From Asterias rubens (taxonomy: Eukaryota): a DNA stretch of 64,000 bases. Shown here one piece after another: positions 1-11,709 of the stretch. The position numbers were made by a program, and so were the translations under genes. The number at the start of each line of letters is the position of its first letter. Within the stretch, counting starts at the first letter, position 1. The stretch is from positions 17,236,001 to 17,300,000 of the forward strand of contig NC_047062.1 in assembly GCF_902459465.1 (NCBI RefSeq), in the 5' to 3' direction. Below the pieces are notes generated by a model that ran no database searches, had not been told where the DNA came from, and saw nothing but the letters and a program-made list of their open reading frames with translations.

Positions 1-1165
1 CACACCTGCGTCTCCCAAGACGAACTCCGTGTTTTGTTTGAGGCGGTGGAGAAAGCTCTAAGAGGTGGGGCTTTCAAGATAGATAATGACCCTGACAATG
101 ATGATAACCTGGTGGTTTGGGATTTCCCCGGTGCCGTCTTCTTTACAACTACCGTCGTGACCACTATAGGTAAAACAAACAAAGTTATTGTTACTTACAA
201 TGTTTAAGAAAGTTAAAACCCTGTGAAAATAAANNNNNNNNNNNNNNNNNNNNNNNNNNNNNNNNNNNNNNNNNNNNNNNNNNNNNNNNNNNNNNNNNNN
301 NNNNNNNNNNNNNNNNNNNNNNNNNNNNNNNNNNNNNNNNNNNNNNNNNNNNNNNNNNNNNNNNNNNNNNNNNNNNNNNNNNNNNNNNNNNNNNNNNNNN
401 NNNNNNNNNNNNNTAACATCAACTACAACAACAACAACAACGACGAAGATGATGACACAACATACAACAAAAACAATAACATCAACACAGAAGAGCATAT
501 TTCAGACGGAATAAAATATATGATTGAATAATTTTATTTCAGGCTACGGCAATCTGGCACCGAAAACCTCGCTCGGACGTGTTGTGTGCATGTTTTATGC
601 AGTGGTAGGGATTCCACTCACTTATTGGTTACTATCAGCAGTAGGTGATACGTTCCAGGGCTGTTGGCGGCCGTGTCATGGCCTTATCAGACGGTGTACG
701 AAGAACATCAAAAACAACGCTCTTCGCACCACCCTAGAAGTAGCCATGATAGGGACAGTATTGTACGTCATTCTAGTGGCGCTGCCAGCTCTCCTCTTCA
801 GTTACCTGGAAAATTGGAACTTTTTCCAGAGTCAGTACTTCTGTTTTATCTCCTTGAGTACAATAGGATTCGGTGACTTTGTGCCCGCCGAGCAGACGGA
901 CTTGTCCCCACTGTACCGGTGGGTGTACAAACTCGGCACCGTAGCTTATCTCATAGTCGGTCTGAGCATTCTATCTGTGGCCTTTAAGGGATTCCTGAAC
1001 TCGCAACAGTCAACACTTAACAAGTGGAAGGCCAAAAAGGCGGCCAAAAAGCTGATGGAACTCCAGAAGCAACAGCCGCAGCAACATGCTTCCCCAAGCG
1101 CTACAATAGACACAAGTAACGGAGTGGTCAATACAACGGCTTGCTTCGATGACAGTTTAGACTGA
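1..1165 (+). CDS. Two-pore-domain potassium channel (K2P/KCNK family), paralog 1; 5' end lies outside the window
   Basis: Exons <1-169 and 543-1165 (phase-1 GT-AG intron 170-542, which contains the N gap). The spliced protein has a cap/P1 region WDFPGAVFFTTTVVTTIG|YGN, then TM2/TM3, P2 FISLSTIGFGD, TM4 and stop TGA at 1163-1165. Confidence 0.92.
234..413. other. Assembly gap (180 N) next to an (AAC)n-rich tract
   Basis: Run of N, followed by aac/aacaac repeats at about 415-490. Confidence 0.99.
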
Positions 1166-1198
1166 CAGATTCAAAATGAACTTATCACAAACCGACAT

Positions 1199-1410
1199 CA
1201 AAGGCACTGGACACTATTGGTAATTACTTACTTTATATAATTATTAGCATAAAAACTTGCTTGGTAACGAGCAATAGAGAGCTTTTGATGGTATAAAATA
1301 CTGGGAGAAACGGCTCCCTCTGAAGTAACGTAGTTTTTGAGATAGAAGTAGTTATATCTCAGTAAAATATTTGAATTGATTTGAAGTGAAATTACTTATA
1401 AGTGAAAGGA
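1199..1410. mobile_element. Partial copy of the TTAA-flanked ~390-bp MITE family (Kolobok/T2-like)
   Basis: Starts caaaggcactggacactattggtaatt and matches the left part of the 20344-20729 copy. Confidence 0.7.
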
Positions 1411-2014
1411 TTCATTTTTTTTTTAAATCGATTTAGAAAGAATACATTCCCCCATTGAAAAGCACTACGACAGTGGCAATTTGGATGTACAGAAAAAGAA
1501 ATTGCTGCCAGTTTTAACTGCCATTGTTTCCACCTTTTTTCCCCTTATACACAATGTGCGTTTTGTACATGAAAAGTGCCTTTGATGTACGCACCATTTT
1601 TATATTGGGTGCGGGAATGTGTGTTTTTTTATTTTTTTTTTTATTTTAATTGTATGTATTGCAGGTTAGGCCTAATGTATGGCAATTTATCTGGGTATGT
1701 CGCTTTAAAATTACTGTTTATTTATAAAAATGTACAAAAAGTTGGGGGAGTGTATCATATTGTTCCATTTGATTGGTTTAATGTTGAGTAATATTTTACC
1801 ATTTATTAAAGAAATCATTTGGGTTGTTGTTTTGTACCGTTTTCCTATAAAAATTCTTAACTTTAGCAAATGAACGTTGACTTTTATATTTTTAAGCCTT
1901 TATACCAAAAACAGTATGATTTTAATATGAGTCGAGGGATTGTCTATAAGTTCGCATAGGGTGAATGGTTTGTTATTCCATAATGGAGAGACAACATTAA
2001 ACATTAAGTACTGC

Positions 2015-2333
2015 TTAAAGACACTGGACACTTTTTGTAATTGTCAAAGACCAATCTTCTCACTTGGTGTATCTCAACATATGCATAAAATAACAAACCT
2101 GTGAAAATTTGAACTCAGTTTGTCTTCGAAGTTGATGAGAGATAATAATGGAAGAAAAACACACCATTGTCACACGAAGTTGTGTGCTTTCAGATGCTTG
2201 ATTTATTGACCTCAAAATCTAATTCTGAGGTCTCGAAATCAAATTCGTGGAAAATAACTTCTTTCTCGAAAGTAAGTTTTCTATATGCTTACGACTATTT
2301 TGAGTATTTACCAAAATTTTCCACTGCCTTTAA
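2015..2333. mobile_element. Kolobok/T2-like MITE, internally deleted, reverse orientation
   Basis: Termini ttaaagacactggacac...ccactgcctttaa; the interior is the reverse complement of the 20344 copy. Confidence 0.8.
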
Positions 2334-2698
2334 AGATCCCTACTTTTTTAGCATTAATGAGCAGGATAACAGTCACAATTTGCACAAAATGGCGTGGTAT
2401 TCTGGCTGGTAACTGTAGTTAGCATAATTGTGTTTTTGTTTTTGTGCTTCACCAGCTTTATTAAACTGAACCCACGTCAGAAATAACTATAGGCCCTATA
2501 TAAGAACCTTGCGCTGTAATAAAAACCCTGTGTTATTAACGATTGCGTAACCATTTGCGTCATTGTCTTAAAAATAAAGAATTCTTGAGGAAGCCACTTA
2601 TACATTTAGGTTCAATTGGACATCCGGAAAAACGCATATCAGGTAACTTTCATCACATCCCATCCCTGTACCCGTCTTCAATATTAATATAATGCTAA

Positions 2699-3134
2699 TC
2701 AAAGGGTATATGTACTTTTTCCTAACAAAAAACACAATGTCCACACATTTACATTAAACTTACACAGTTTGAAGATTATTATAGTAGAAAGCTTCCCTTG
2801 AAATTTTACTTACTGAGGTGCTGTAGTTTTTGAGAAATAAGTAAAAGTAATCATTTTCGTCTCAGTTTTAGCATGTAAAAACGTATTAACCAGTTATGCT
2901 ATGGTTTTGGTATAATATCATAACTGGTTAAGGGGATTTTACATGCTAAAATAATTTTGGTCTCATGAGACCAAAATTATTTTGTGACTTGTTTTACTCA
3001 TTTCTCAAAAACTACACAACCTTAGTTAGTAATATTTGAAGGGAAGCTTTCCACTATCATTATCTCATTATCTTCAAACCCTGTAAGTTTAATGTAAATC
3101 TGTGGACATTTTTAAAACTACCCGAATCCTTTAA
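2699..3134. mobile_element. Long-TIR foldback MITE (aaaggg...cctttaa), second TTAA family
   Basis: Arms such as aatgtccacacatttacattaaacttacacagtttgaagat / atcttcaaaccctgtaagtttaatgtaaatctgtggacatt. A fragment recurs at about 38385-38455. Confidence 0.7.
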
Positions 3135-3229
3135 CAGACATATTTCAATTTAGAGGGCAACAATAACAGTTTCCATTTAATTGATTTGATTCGGTAACAT
3201 AAACTGATTTTTTGAGCTGGTCGATATCA

Positions 3230-4150
3230 CCATTTATCTGATCCGCACTTCTCGATGATCCAGATTTTATGGATTATAAATCTGACTCATAGACACCCAC
3301 ATCTCTTGCTGATCAATATCTCTTGCTGATAAATATCTCCGGCTTATCACTATCCCTGACTTGTCGATATATCTGGATGATCCATATCTATGGTTGATCA
3401 ATATCCCTGATTGGTCCATCACTTTTTCTGATCCATATATCTGACTGAACCATACGTCAGTCTGATCCATATATCTGGCTGATCTATATAACTAATCCAT
3501 ATATCTTTGTGGTCCATAACTCTGGCTGAACCATATTTCTGAATGAACCAATCTGACTAATCGGTGACTGATCCATATTCCTGTTTGATCCATATCTACA
3601 ACTTACTTTAATATCTGTCTGATCCATATCTCTCACTGATCCATCTGACTTACCCATATAGCTGTCTGGTCCATATTTGTGGCTAGTCCATATCTCAAAC
3701 CTATCTAATTTGTCTGATCCATATTATCTCCGGCTGATCCATATCTCTGGCTGATCCAAATCCCTTCTGATCCAAATTCCCTGCGGATGATCTGTGAAAC
3801 CGTATGGCTGGATGACCAATATTTACGTCTGGCTGTAATATCTCCAGCCGTCGATTTCATCAAACTCTTCCTAACTTAGCATTAATCTTAGGACTTTATA
3901 TGTATCCGAAGACGTTATGACGATTGAACCAATCCTAAGTTAGGACTGGTTACTAGTCCTAACTCGAGATAGGATTAATTCTAGCGTTTCGTGAAATCAG
4001 CTGCAGATAATCTATATCTCTGACAGATCCGTGGCTCTTATGATCCAAATCCTTACCATACTGATCTACTTCCTCTATGACCCGTAACCCTGGCTGGATA
4101 CTCCATATCTCTGACTGATCAATCATCCATACGGCTGATCCGAAATCCTG
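3230..4150. repeat. Degenerate minisatellite (core ctgatccatatct), interrupted by a small MITE at about 3845-4005
   Basis: Many imperfect ctgatccatat(a/c)tct units. The interrupting element resembles 46466-46590. Confidence 0.75.
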
Positions 4151-4207
4151 TTAATCTTATAATCTGTAGGATTTGTAACCATGGCTGGTAATGACCAATT
4201 TAGATCA

Positions 4208-4593
4208 TTAATGAAAGTGGACACGTTTGGTAATTACTCAAACAAATTATTAGCATAAAACATTTCTTGGTGACGCGTAATGTGGAGAGGTTGATGGTAT
4301 AAAACATTGTGAGAAACGGCTCCCTCTGAAGTGCCATAGTTTTCGAGAAAGAAGTAATTTTCCACGAATTTGATTTCGAGACCTCAGATTTAGAACTTGA
4401 GGTCTCGAAATCAACCATCTAAATGCACACAACTTCGTGTGACAAGGGTGTTTTTTTCTTTCATTATTATCTCGCAAGTTCGATGACCAATTGAGCTCAA
4501 ATTTTCACAGGTTTGTTTGTTATGCATATGTTGAGATGCACCAACTGTGAAGACAAGTCTTTGAAAATTAAAAATAGTGTCCACTGCCTTTAA
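4208..4593. mobile_element. Kolobok/T2-like MITE, full length
   Basis: ttaatgaaagtggacac...gtgtccactgcctttaa; interior nearly identical to the 20344 and 56677 copies. Confidence 0.85.
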
Positions 4594-5228
4594 ACTAATT
4601 ATAAACAAATAAGAGGAAAATGTGGAAATGGAAAGAAGTGTTTGGAAAAATAAGTAACGAGTCCAAAGGTGGATGGCACCCCACTATTTCCCATGAGTAA
4701 CAGCAGTCAGACAAAAAAAAACAGGACAAGATTAGACATTCATTAACTGGTAAGTGAATTTCCTATCAAATTTGCTTGTGTAGACCAAAAGAAAAAAAAA
4801 CATCACTTAGATTTATTTCAGTCACACTATTTTTGTATATATATAACTGTAAAAACAACTTATATCTCCACGGACTCCATTACATTACATATGAATTTAT
4901 GTCACGGTTGAATGATAATAATATAAAAATTATTTTTATATGTTTGCACTTTCCTTGAGGTTTTTCAAATCCTATCTAACCTTGAAAACCTTTTTTCTCA
5001 AACAGCAGCATAATATACAGACAAAGGTAAATCGGAGTGTCTCCAAACAAATTTATAACCAGCACATTTCACAGATTTTTTTTTATTGACTATTGAAACA
5101 ATTCAGCATCTGAATATTATTATTATAAACTTGAGCGACAAAATCATCACACCCATGTAATAAACGGTCAGAGTGCGTTTCAACTGTGATCATGTGGTTT
5201 TGAATAGTGTACCCACTTTATAGAAAAG

Positions 5229-7016
5229 ATGAAACCATGGGTTAAATCCCTCGTACTTTTACCAGTCTTCCTTGGCTACATTTTCATCGGGTCCTCTTTC
5301 TTCCTTAAGATTGAGGGGCCACACCAAGTGACCGTGAGGGATGAATACTTCGACTTTCTGCGGCTGTTCGTTCAGAATAACTCGGCTTGCGGGATGTCTG
5401 TAGATGACCTTAAAGCTATACTTACTCACGTCAACGTGGCGAAAGCTGAGGGGCTGCTGCACCCCGAGACCATTTTAAATGAAGGGGTGTCCAACGTCTG
5501 GACCATGCCGAATTCCATTGTGTTTGCTTCCACGATTGTCACGACCATTGGTAAGTTTTGAAAACTGTGTGGTGTTTGCAGTAGAATGGAGAAACATTGG
5601 TTTCGAGAGTAAAAAAACAACCTGAAACTAATGACTATTTGGAAACCTATTTGTTTGGGCACTGATAATTTAAACTTATAGTTTCTTCTATGTAATGATG
5701 ACAGTTTTTCTGCAGTGGAATGTAGAAACACATTATTGGTTTCGAAAGTAAAAACCAATCTGAAACTGATGACTATTGGAAACTTATTAGTTTAGACACA
5801 GATGATTTAACCTTCGTTTCTTCTTTTTAATGATGACAGTTTTTTGCAGTGGAATGGAGAAACACAATATTGGTTTCGAGAGTAAAAACCAATCTGAAAC
5901 TGATGACTATTGGAAACTAATTAGTTTAGGCACTGATGATTTAAACTTAGTTTCTTCTTTTTAAACAAAGTAATGGTGACAGTTTTCCTGTTCGAAGTAT
6001 TTATCAGGACCATTTCCTCTAAGGTATAAACATGAATTAAATGCTCACCAGAGTATTATGAATTTCATCAAAGCTTAGCAGAGTCGCTATTTTTCTTTGT
6101 CATGCAATATTTCAAATTAGTCTTCCATTGGCAAGCATGCTTATTTAAAACATACATTTTGTGTTATCTCTGTCGTTTCACAGGATATGGCCGGTTGGTT
6201 CCTAGAACAGTTGGTGGACAAGTCTTCTGCATCATTTACGCTATATTTGGAATCCCCATGTGTTACTTCATGCTATCCGTAGTCGGCGATACCTTCCAGA
6301 GTCTCTGGCACCACTCTAAACGACTCTTCGATAAATCCCTCATCTGCATCCAAGCCAAGAAATCACGTCTGGTGATAGGTGGTCTGGTAACCTGTATCGT
6401 TATATGGACGGTTACTATTGCTCTGCCGTCTCTGGTGTTCGTGGCAACCGAACACTGGAACTTCGGTCATGCCCTGTATTTCAGTTTCATCTCAATGAGC
6501 ACCATCGGCTTCGGAGATTTCACCTTTGGGATCGAACAGAGTAAACCACTGACGACACAGCAAGACTGGATCTACAAGCTGGGTATACTGCTGTATTTCT
6601 TGATCGGTCTTAGTGTGATATCAATTGTTTACAGAGGAGTATGGCGGGCTCAACGGGCGCGATTGAAGCGGGCTGGTGCGACAACCCGTCGGTTCTTGCA
6701 GAGGGGCGGACGGTATGGAAGCTACTCCCTCGGTGCACATCCCGAGGTGTCCTCTTCGGTGGGTAGCGGTGTCCAGCTCAAAACAAGCAACGACTTGGCT
6801 GTGATTCATGAGAACTCGGAAGAAGAGGATCATATGAACGCCGCAATGGCCATGGATGCAATGGAGACGAACCGACGTCGCTCCTCTGTCTTCACAATGT
6901 CTTACACACAAGTCATGGGTTTAAACCTGGCTAACTATGACTCGGGCCATTGGTCGAACAATGACTCGCTCATAGAGGAAGAGACCAATGCAACTGTAAG
7001 CGAGCATGAATTCTAA
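5229..7016 (+). CDS. K2P channel paralog 2 (384 aa predicted, long cytoplasmic C-tail)
   Basis: Exons 5229-5550 and 6184-7016 (ATTG|gtaagt...acag|GATAT). TM1, cap Cys (SACG), P1 ASTIVTTIG|YGR, P2 FISMSTIGFGD. Confidence 0.93.
5570..5985. repeat. ~135-bp tandem repeat, about 3 copies, in the intron of K2P paralog 2
   Basis: Unit gcagtggaatggagaaac...aaccaatctgaaactgatgactattggaaac...gatgaca restarts at about 5575, 5705 and 5840. Confidence 0.85.
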
Positions 7017-7060
7017 ATCAGGAAAAAAAAACTAAACTTGAACTGGAAATTTCACTGTAA

Positions 7061-7445
7061 TTGAAGGGTGCCGTGGCATGGCCGGTGGGTTTTTTTTTAG
7101 AGCGTCGAGTTCTGATGGTTAATTCATGGGAGTGTGGGTTCGAATCCCGGCCATGACACCTGTGTCATTGAGCAAGATCTTTTACAGTTAGAATAACTGC
7201 TGCTCTTTACCCATGGGCTTAAATGGGTACCTGCGAGGGTAGAGGTTAATATTGTGAAGGAAAAAGCCTTGGAATTGGAGCGCCATGGCAGCTCAGGGCT
7301 GTATACTCCCAAGCAGGGAGCTGAGAAACAACTAAAGGAATGTTATTGGCCCAGTGAGAAGGGCAGTAGAGGTAAAGTCCATTCAGACTTTATTGTTAAA
7401 GTTGCTAATATTAGAACAAGTGATTATTATTATGCCATAAAAGCT
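7061..7445 (+). mobile_element. tRNA-derived SINE-like element (family B)
   Basis: A/B-box head (gtggcatggccgg...gggttcgaatccc) and a body shared with 24506-24790 (gctcagggctgta(t/g)actccc...gggagctgagaaa...aaaggaatgttattggccc). Confidence 0.6.
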
Positions 7446-8738
7446 GACTGAAGCTGTTGGTTTTTCAATGTCATTATGTTAATCTTAAGAACTGAGAAGT
7501 CTCCCGAACAACCGATACATCTATACTCCGCGATACTAAAATAAAGCAAGACAGTTCTCTAAGACCAAACTCTACCTGACAAGTAGATACACACATGGTG
7601 TTACCGCAAACCATATATACATTGATACCTCACCATAAAATGCCTCAAATCATATATCATGTTAATATTATTATGCATAACACTATTTCCTAATTTTGAT
7701 CAATTCTATTAATTTTATCCCCAGTGTAATCGGGGTTTGGGGGCTCGTACTGTGATTTTTGTCTTCAACATTTAAGTTAGGAATAGAATAATAGTTTAAA
7801 GTGCTCAGTTAATGTTCACTTAATCATTATGAAGATTATCTAACAAAAAAACAGCAAAAAGTGCCCCTCGTTATTTTGCTGTATTTCATCACCAAAGTGA
7901 TAATATAAATGTAATGCTATTATGAAATTTCACAACAAAACTTGCAAACCAATTTCCAGAGAGTGTATAGGGGACACATATAAAATGGTGCCAGTCTACA
8001 AAAATTAGTATGTTTCGTTTTCCTGCATGCCCTTTTAGTTTTATTTACTATAACTATTTTGTATAACTATCGATCGTGATCTCTCATAATTTAAACAACA
8101 CTCGTCTGTTACCTCTTATTTTGTGTAGTATATCAATATTTATTCATGTATTTTTTTAATTAATACAGTAATGTGATCATACTTTTCGAAAACTGTTTTT
8201 TTTTTTAATAAATGGTGCCAAACAGAAATACAGATGTGGTATTGATACAAATGTAAAATGGTTCTTGCTTTTGTTTTCGGTTTCGTGTTATACTTATTTA
8301 CTTTGAGAGGGGGCGAGTACTGTTGAGTGGTTTTCCTTTTCTGGTGCGCACATGAGCACCTGTCATCCTTGTACTACGCTAAACCCAATACTTTACATTG
8401 TGAGACCACAGGACACTAAACTGGTCCTCTGTCTTTATCCGCAAGGGCAAAGACAGACAGTTCATTGGATAAAATAGCTTCATTGGATAAACGTAAAAGT
8501 TTCTATCCTGAGTTCGTATAATATGATTGGTCCGAGGTGATTATAGTTTGTCAGCGTTTTTGTAAATAGTTCGAGTGACAGACACGTACCCCATCCCCCC
8601 CCCACACACACCCCACTGTGGCCCCATGCGCAGTCATGACGTCACACTTCATAAAGCACTTAGATTCATCTCAAAAATAATGAGGTGTTAGCAGCACTTT
8701 AGTGGATTGTATTGTGCCGCCGCACTTTGCTTACTAAG

Positions 8739-8883
8739 GTGACAAGGGTGTTTTTCTTTCAGTATTATCTCGCAACTTCGACGACCGATTGAGCTCAAAT
8801 TTTCACAAGTTATGCATATGTTGAGATACACCGAGTGAGAAGACTGGACTTTGACAATTACCAATAGTGTCCAGTGTCTTTAA
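8739..8883. mobile_element. Right-end fragment of the Kolobok/T2-like MITE
   Basis: gtgacaagggtgttttttct...caattaccaatagtgtccagtgtctttaa. Confidence 0.75.
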
Positions 8884-8940
8884 TATCAATCTTAGCTAAT
8901 TGTAAATTGAGCCCTTGATCAGTTTTTTCAGAGCTGTGTA

Positions 8941-9337
8941 TTAAAGGAACACGTTGCCTTGGATCGGACGAGTTGGTCTATAAAAAGCGTTTGTAACCGT
9001 TTGTTATAAAATGCATAATATGATTGGAAAGATGTTTTAAAAGTAGAATACAATGATCCACACAAATTTGCCTCGAAATTGCGGGGTTTTCCTTTTCCTT
9101 TGCGAACTAACATGGTCGGCCATCTATGGGAGTCAAGACTTTGACTCCCATAAATGGCCGACCGTGCTAGTCGACGAGGTAAAAGGAAAACCATGCAATT
9201 TCGAGGCATATTTGTGTGGATCATTGTATTCTACTTTTACAACATCTTTCTAACCATATGCATTTTATAAAAAAAAAACGGTTACAAACGTTTTTTATAG
9301 ACCAACTCGACCGATCCAAGGCAACGTGTTCCTTTAC
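8941..9337. mobile_element. Near-fully palindromic ~397-bp TTAA-type foldback MITE
   Basis: TIR ttaaaggaacacgttgccttggatcggacgagttggtctataaaaa / ...gaccaactcgaccgatccaaggcaacgtgttccttta. The + and - ORFs over it translate to nearly the same peptide. Confidence 0.85.
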
Positions 9338-9890
9338 TACAACAGCACCTTCAAAGTTGTTTGGTGCTTTTTGTTGACCTTTTTACTCAGTCTATTATAG
9401 CTTGAACCTCTGACATCACATTTCGAGGCTCGTGAGCCTACGTCAAGATCCTGACGGTCACGTGGTTGGGTGTGATATTATTCATTTTGCAAGAATTTCA
9501 TGCATGAACATGTACTGTATTACATGTATGCTGTGGGTAAAGACAGGGGACCAGTCTAAAACTTCACTCGTGCAATCGGATAAGAACGAGAGTGAGCGAT
9601 TGTTTCACTCGCACAAACTAGTTCTGACTGTCTTCTAAGTTAAGTAAGTGCGCAACCAAGCAGTCATGCAACCGACGAGCAATCAAGCATAATTTTGTTG
9701 TTGTAAATAACAGGTTTCGTGAGGAATTTTAAATTAATACGTCTGACATGTGCATTGGGTGTTTATGGTCTTTCTCAAAGTCTGTCGCTAGACACATTAT
9801 TTACAAATGTAAATATTTTGGCTCATTATAACTGATTGGTGTGGCATAACTAATATCATCATAGGGTGTCGTTGAGTGCCCTTTTAATAC

Positions 9891-10046
9891 AATAGACCTT
9901 TTCGCAAATACCATTGCGCAGGCGCAGACTGTTGAATGAGTTGCATTGTGGGATAGATATGGATCAAATTTGGACACCAGCTAGACCACAATGCACCTAA
10001 TTCGAAGCTTTACGCGCGCGCCCCAGTATTTGCGAAAAGGTCTATT
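9891..10046. mobile_element. 156-bp MITE with a perfect 21-bp TIR
   Basis: aatagaccttttcgcaaatac ... gtatttgcgaaaaggtctatt. Confidence 0.8.
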
Positions 10047-10574
10047 CAATTTTTAACGAGACACCCTCAAGAGTCCTCTAGATAAACCCATCGTGACGTA
10101 TAATACCAGCGCCCTTTTAGTTTTATTGCAGTGCAATGACCCCAAAGTATGCTACCAGTCACTTTACACAATTACAACGATATGGCAGTGTTTTTATTTC
10201 AGGATATCTTTATCTGGTTTCTATTCTCAATGACTATTGAGGGGTTTGTTTTATGCGTCGGTCCGGCCTGATAAATTTCGTCAGAAATGTTGTTCAAAAG
10301 GAGAACATAAAAGAGCAAAGCCCTTAAATGTTAAAAATAAGGAACAGAGAGGAATAAACTTTCGTTCCGTTAAAAGAAATAATTTCGTGGGAACGTTTTG
10401 TTTTCTAATTTGCTACATAATCTATTCATGTTTTGTTTGTTAATTGCCCTGAAGGAGCTCCATTATGATGCAATATTAATTAGTATTATATTTAAGGGGG
10501 GAAATAGGCGAAATGTTTTCACTATTGCATTAATTATATGGTTTTTATCTTACTTCAACCATATTCTTAAATTC

Positions 10575-10728
10575 TAAAGCCCGGTTCATACTTCCTGCGA
10601 ATGCGAATGCGATGCGAAATTTGATGTGATATGGGACGTCACAACTCCTCTTTCGCTGTGATACAGTGCGAACTTCGTCAACATTCGTATCGCAATCGCA
10701 TTCGCTGGACGTATGAACCGGGCTTTTA
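10575..10728. mobile_element. ~150-bp PIF/Harbinger-like MITE
   Basis: TIR agcccggttcatac / gtatgaaccgggct flanked by taa/tta. A partial second copy lies at about 12304-12360. Confidence 0.7.
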
Positions 10729-11390
10729 CACTTATCATAATGGATTGTGGTTAAACTAATCAAATTTAGTCAATACGCCACACACACGCAAACCCAGTCG
10801 TTTTGCCGGGTGTGGTAGGAGATTCCCCCGGATATTCTGCCCATCCCCCAATACGGCAAATTGTGTAAAAATTTGTTCTGATAACGCCCTCTGTTGAATC
10901 CTCCTCCTTCAGTCCATATTAGTTTTTCATGGGACAGAATCTCCGCAGACAGATTTTCTCAGGACACCGAAACGTGATTTAACAACAGAAAATCATTTGT
11001 TGCATTATTGCATTTTGTCAGAAACCGATTCACCTGTCTTGACAATACCACGAGACTCTGCAAAGCGTTACTAAGCAAGGCGAGTCCAAAAAGACCCTCT
11101 TTTTCAATGCATTTTCTATGCCTCTTCTGGTTATAGAGCCAGTTTGTGTACGTACAAACCAGGAATGTTGCTTGAAAGATGATTGATTGCGTAACAAGTG
11201 CCAATTAAAATATACAACGTTGTTTACGTCTCATAAAACCGGTATAGATAATGATTGCATGTATGGCTACCACCAAATCTGATTTTGTACGAGATGTTTA
11301 GGTTTATGGGGAAAATTTCGGCCGCTGTTCGACTTCATGTTAGTTTATTTATTGTATCGGTCAACGGTGACTGATTTTACATAGGCTCGA

Positions 11391-11709
11391 AAAAGAAAAG
11401 AAAAAAAAATTAATATTCTTTATCCCCGATGCAAATTTAACATCTATTAAATCGTTTGCAGTACCCGCTGCTAAAACATAGGATTCGAACTGCCTCTAGC
11501 TACCGGGCAACCTCGGTGGTCTAGTTGGTATGACACTGCTCCAGAATTGCAAAGGTCGTGGGTTCGAATCCCACCCGAGTAAAATGCCTGTGATTTTTTC
11601 CACAGGACTCGGGAAAGTACTGAGTATACAGTGCGACACACATCGGTGTATACGGGTAAAAAAACCAAAACAAAAACCAAAAAAATAATAATAATAATAA
11701 TAATAATAA
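11391..11709 (+). mobile_element. tRNA-mimic 258-bp repeat family, monomer insertion with (TAA)n tail
   Basis: 13-bp TSD tacataggctcga (11378-11390 / 11710-11722). Internal tRNA-like module at 11510-11582 with A box tggtctagttgg and B box ggttcgaatcc. Confidence 0.85.

Noticed and set aside
58-531. ORFs spanning the N gap (58-498, 213-422, 223-531)
   Set aside because: Artefacts of Ns and (AAC)n microsatellite translation.
4200-4477. Recurrent short ORFs such as SKSEVSKSNSWKIT / RPQVLNLRSRNQIRGK at 2.2, 4.2, 20.4, 56.7 and 57.8 kb
   Set aside because: Chance translations of the same non-coding MITE, not a gene family.
8928-9253. Two similar peptides on opposite strands (MIHTN...)
   Set aside because: A consequence of the palindromic MITE.
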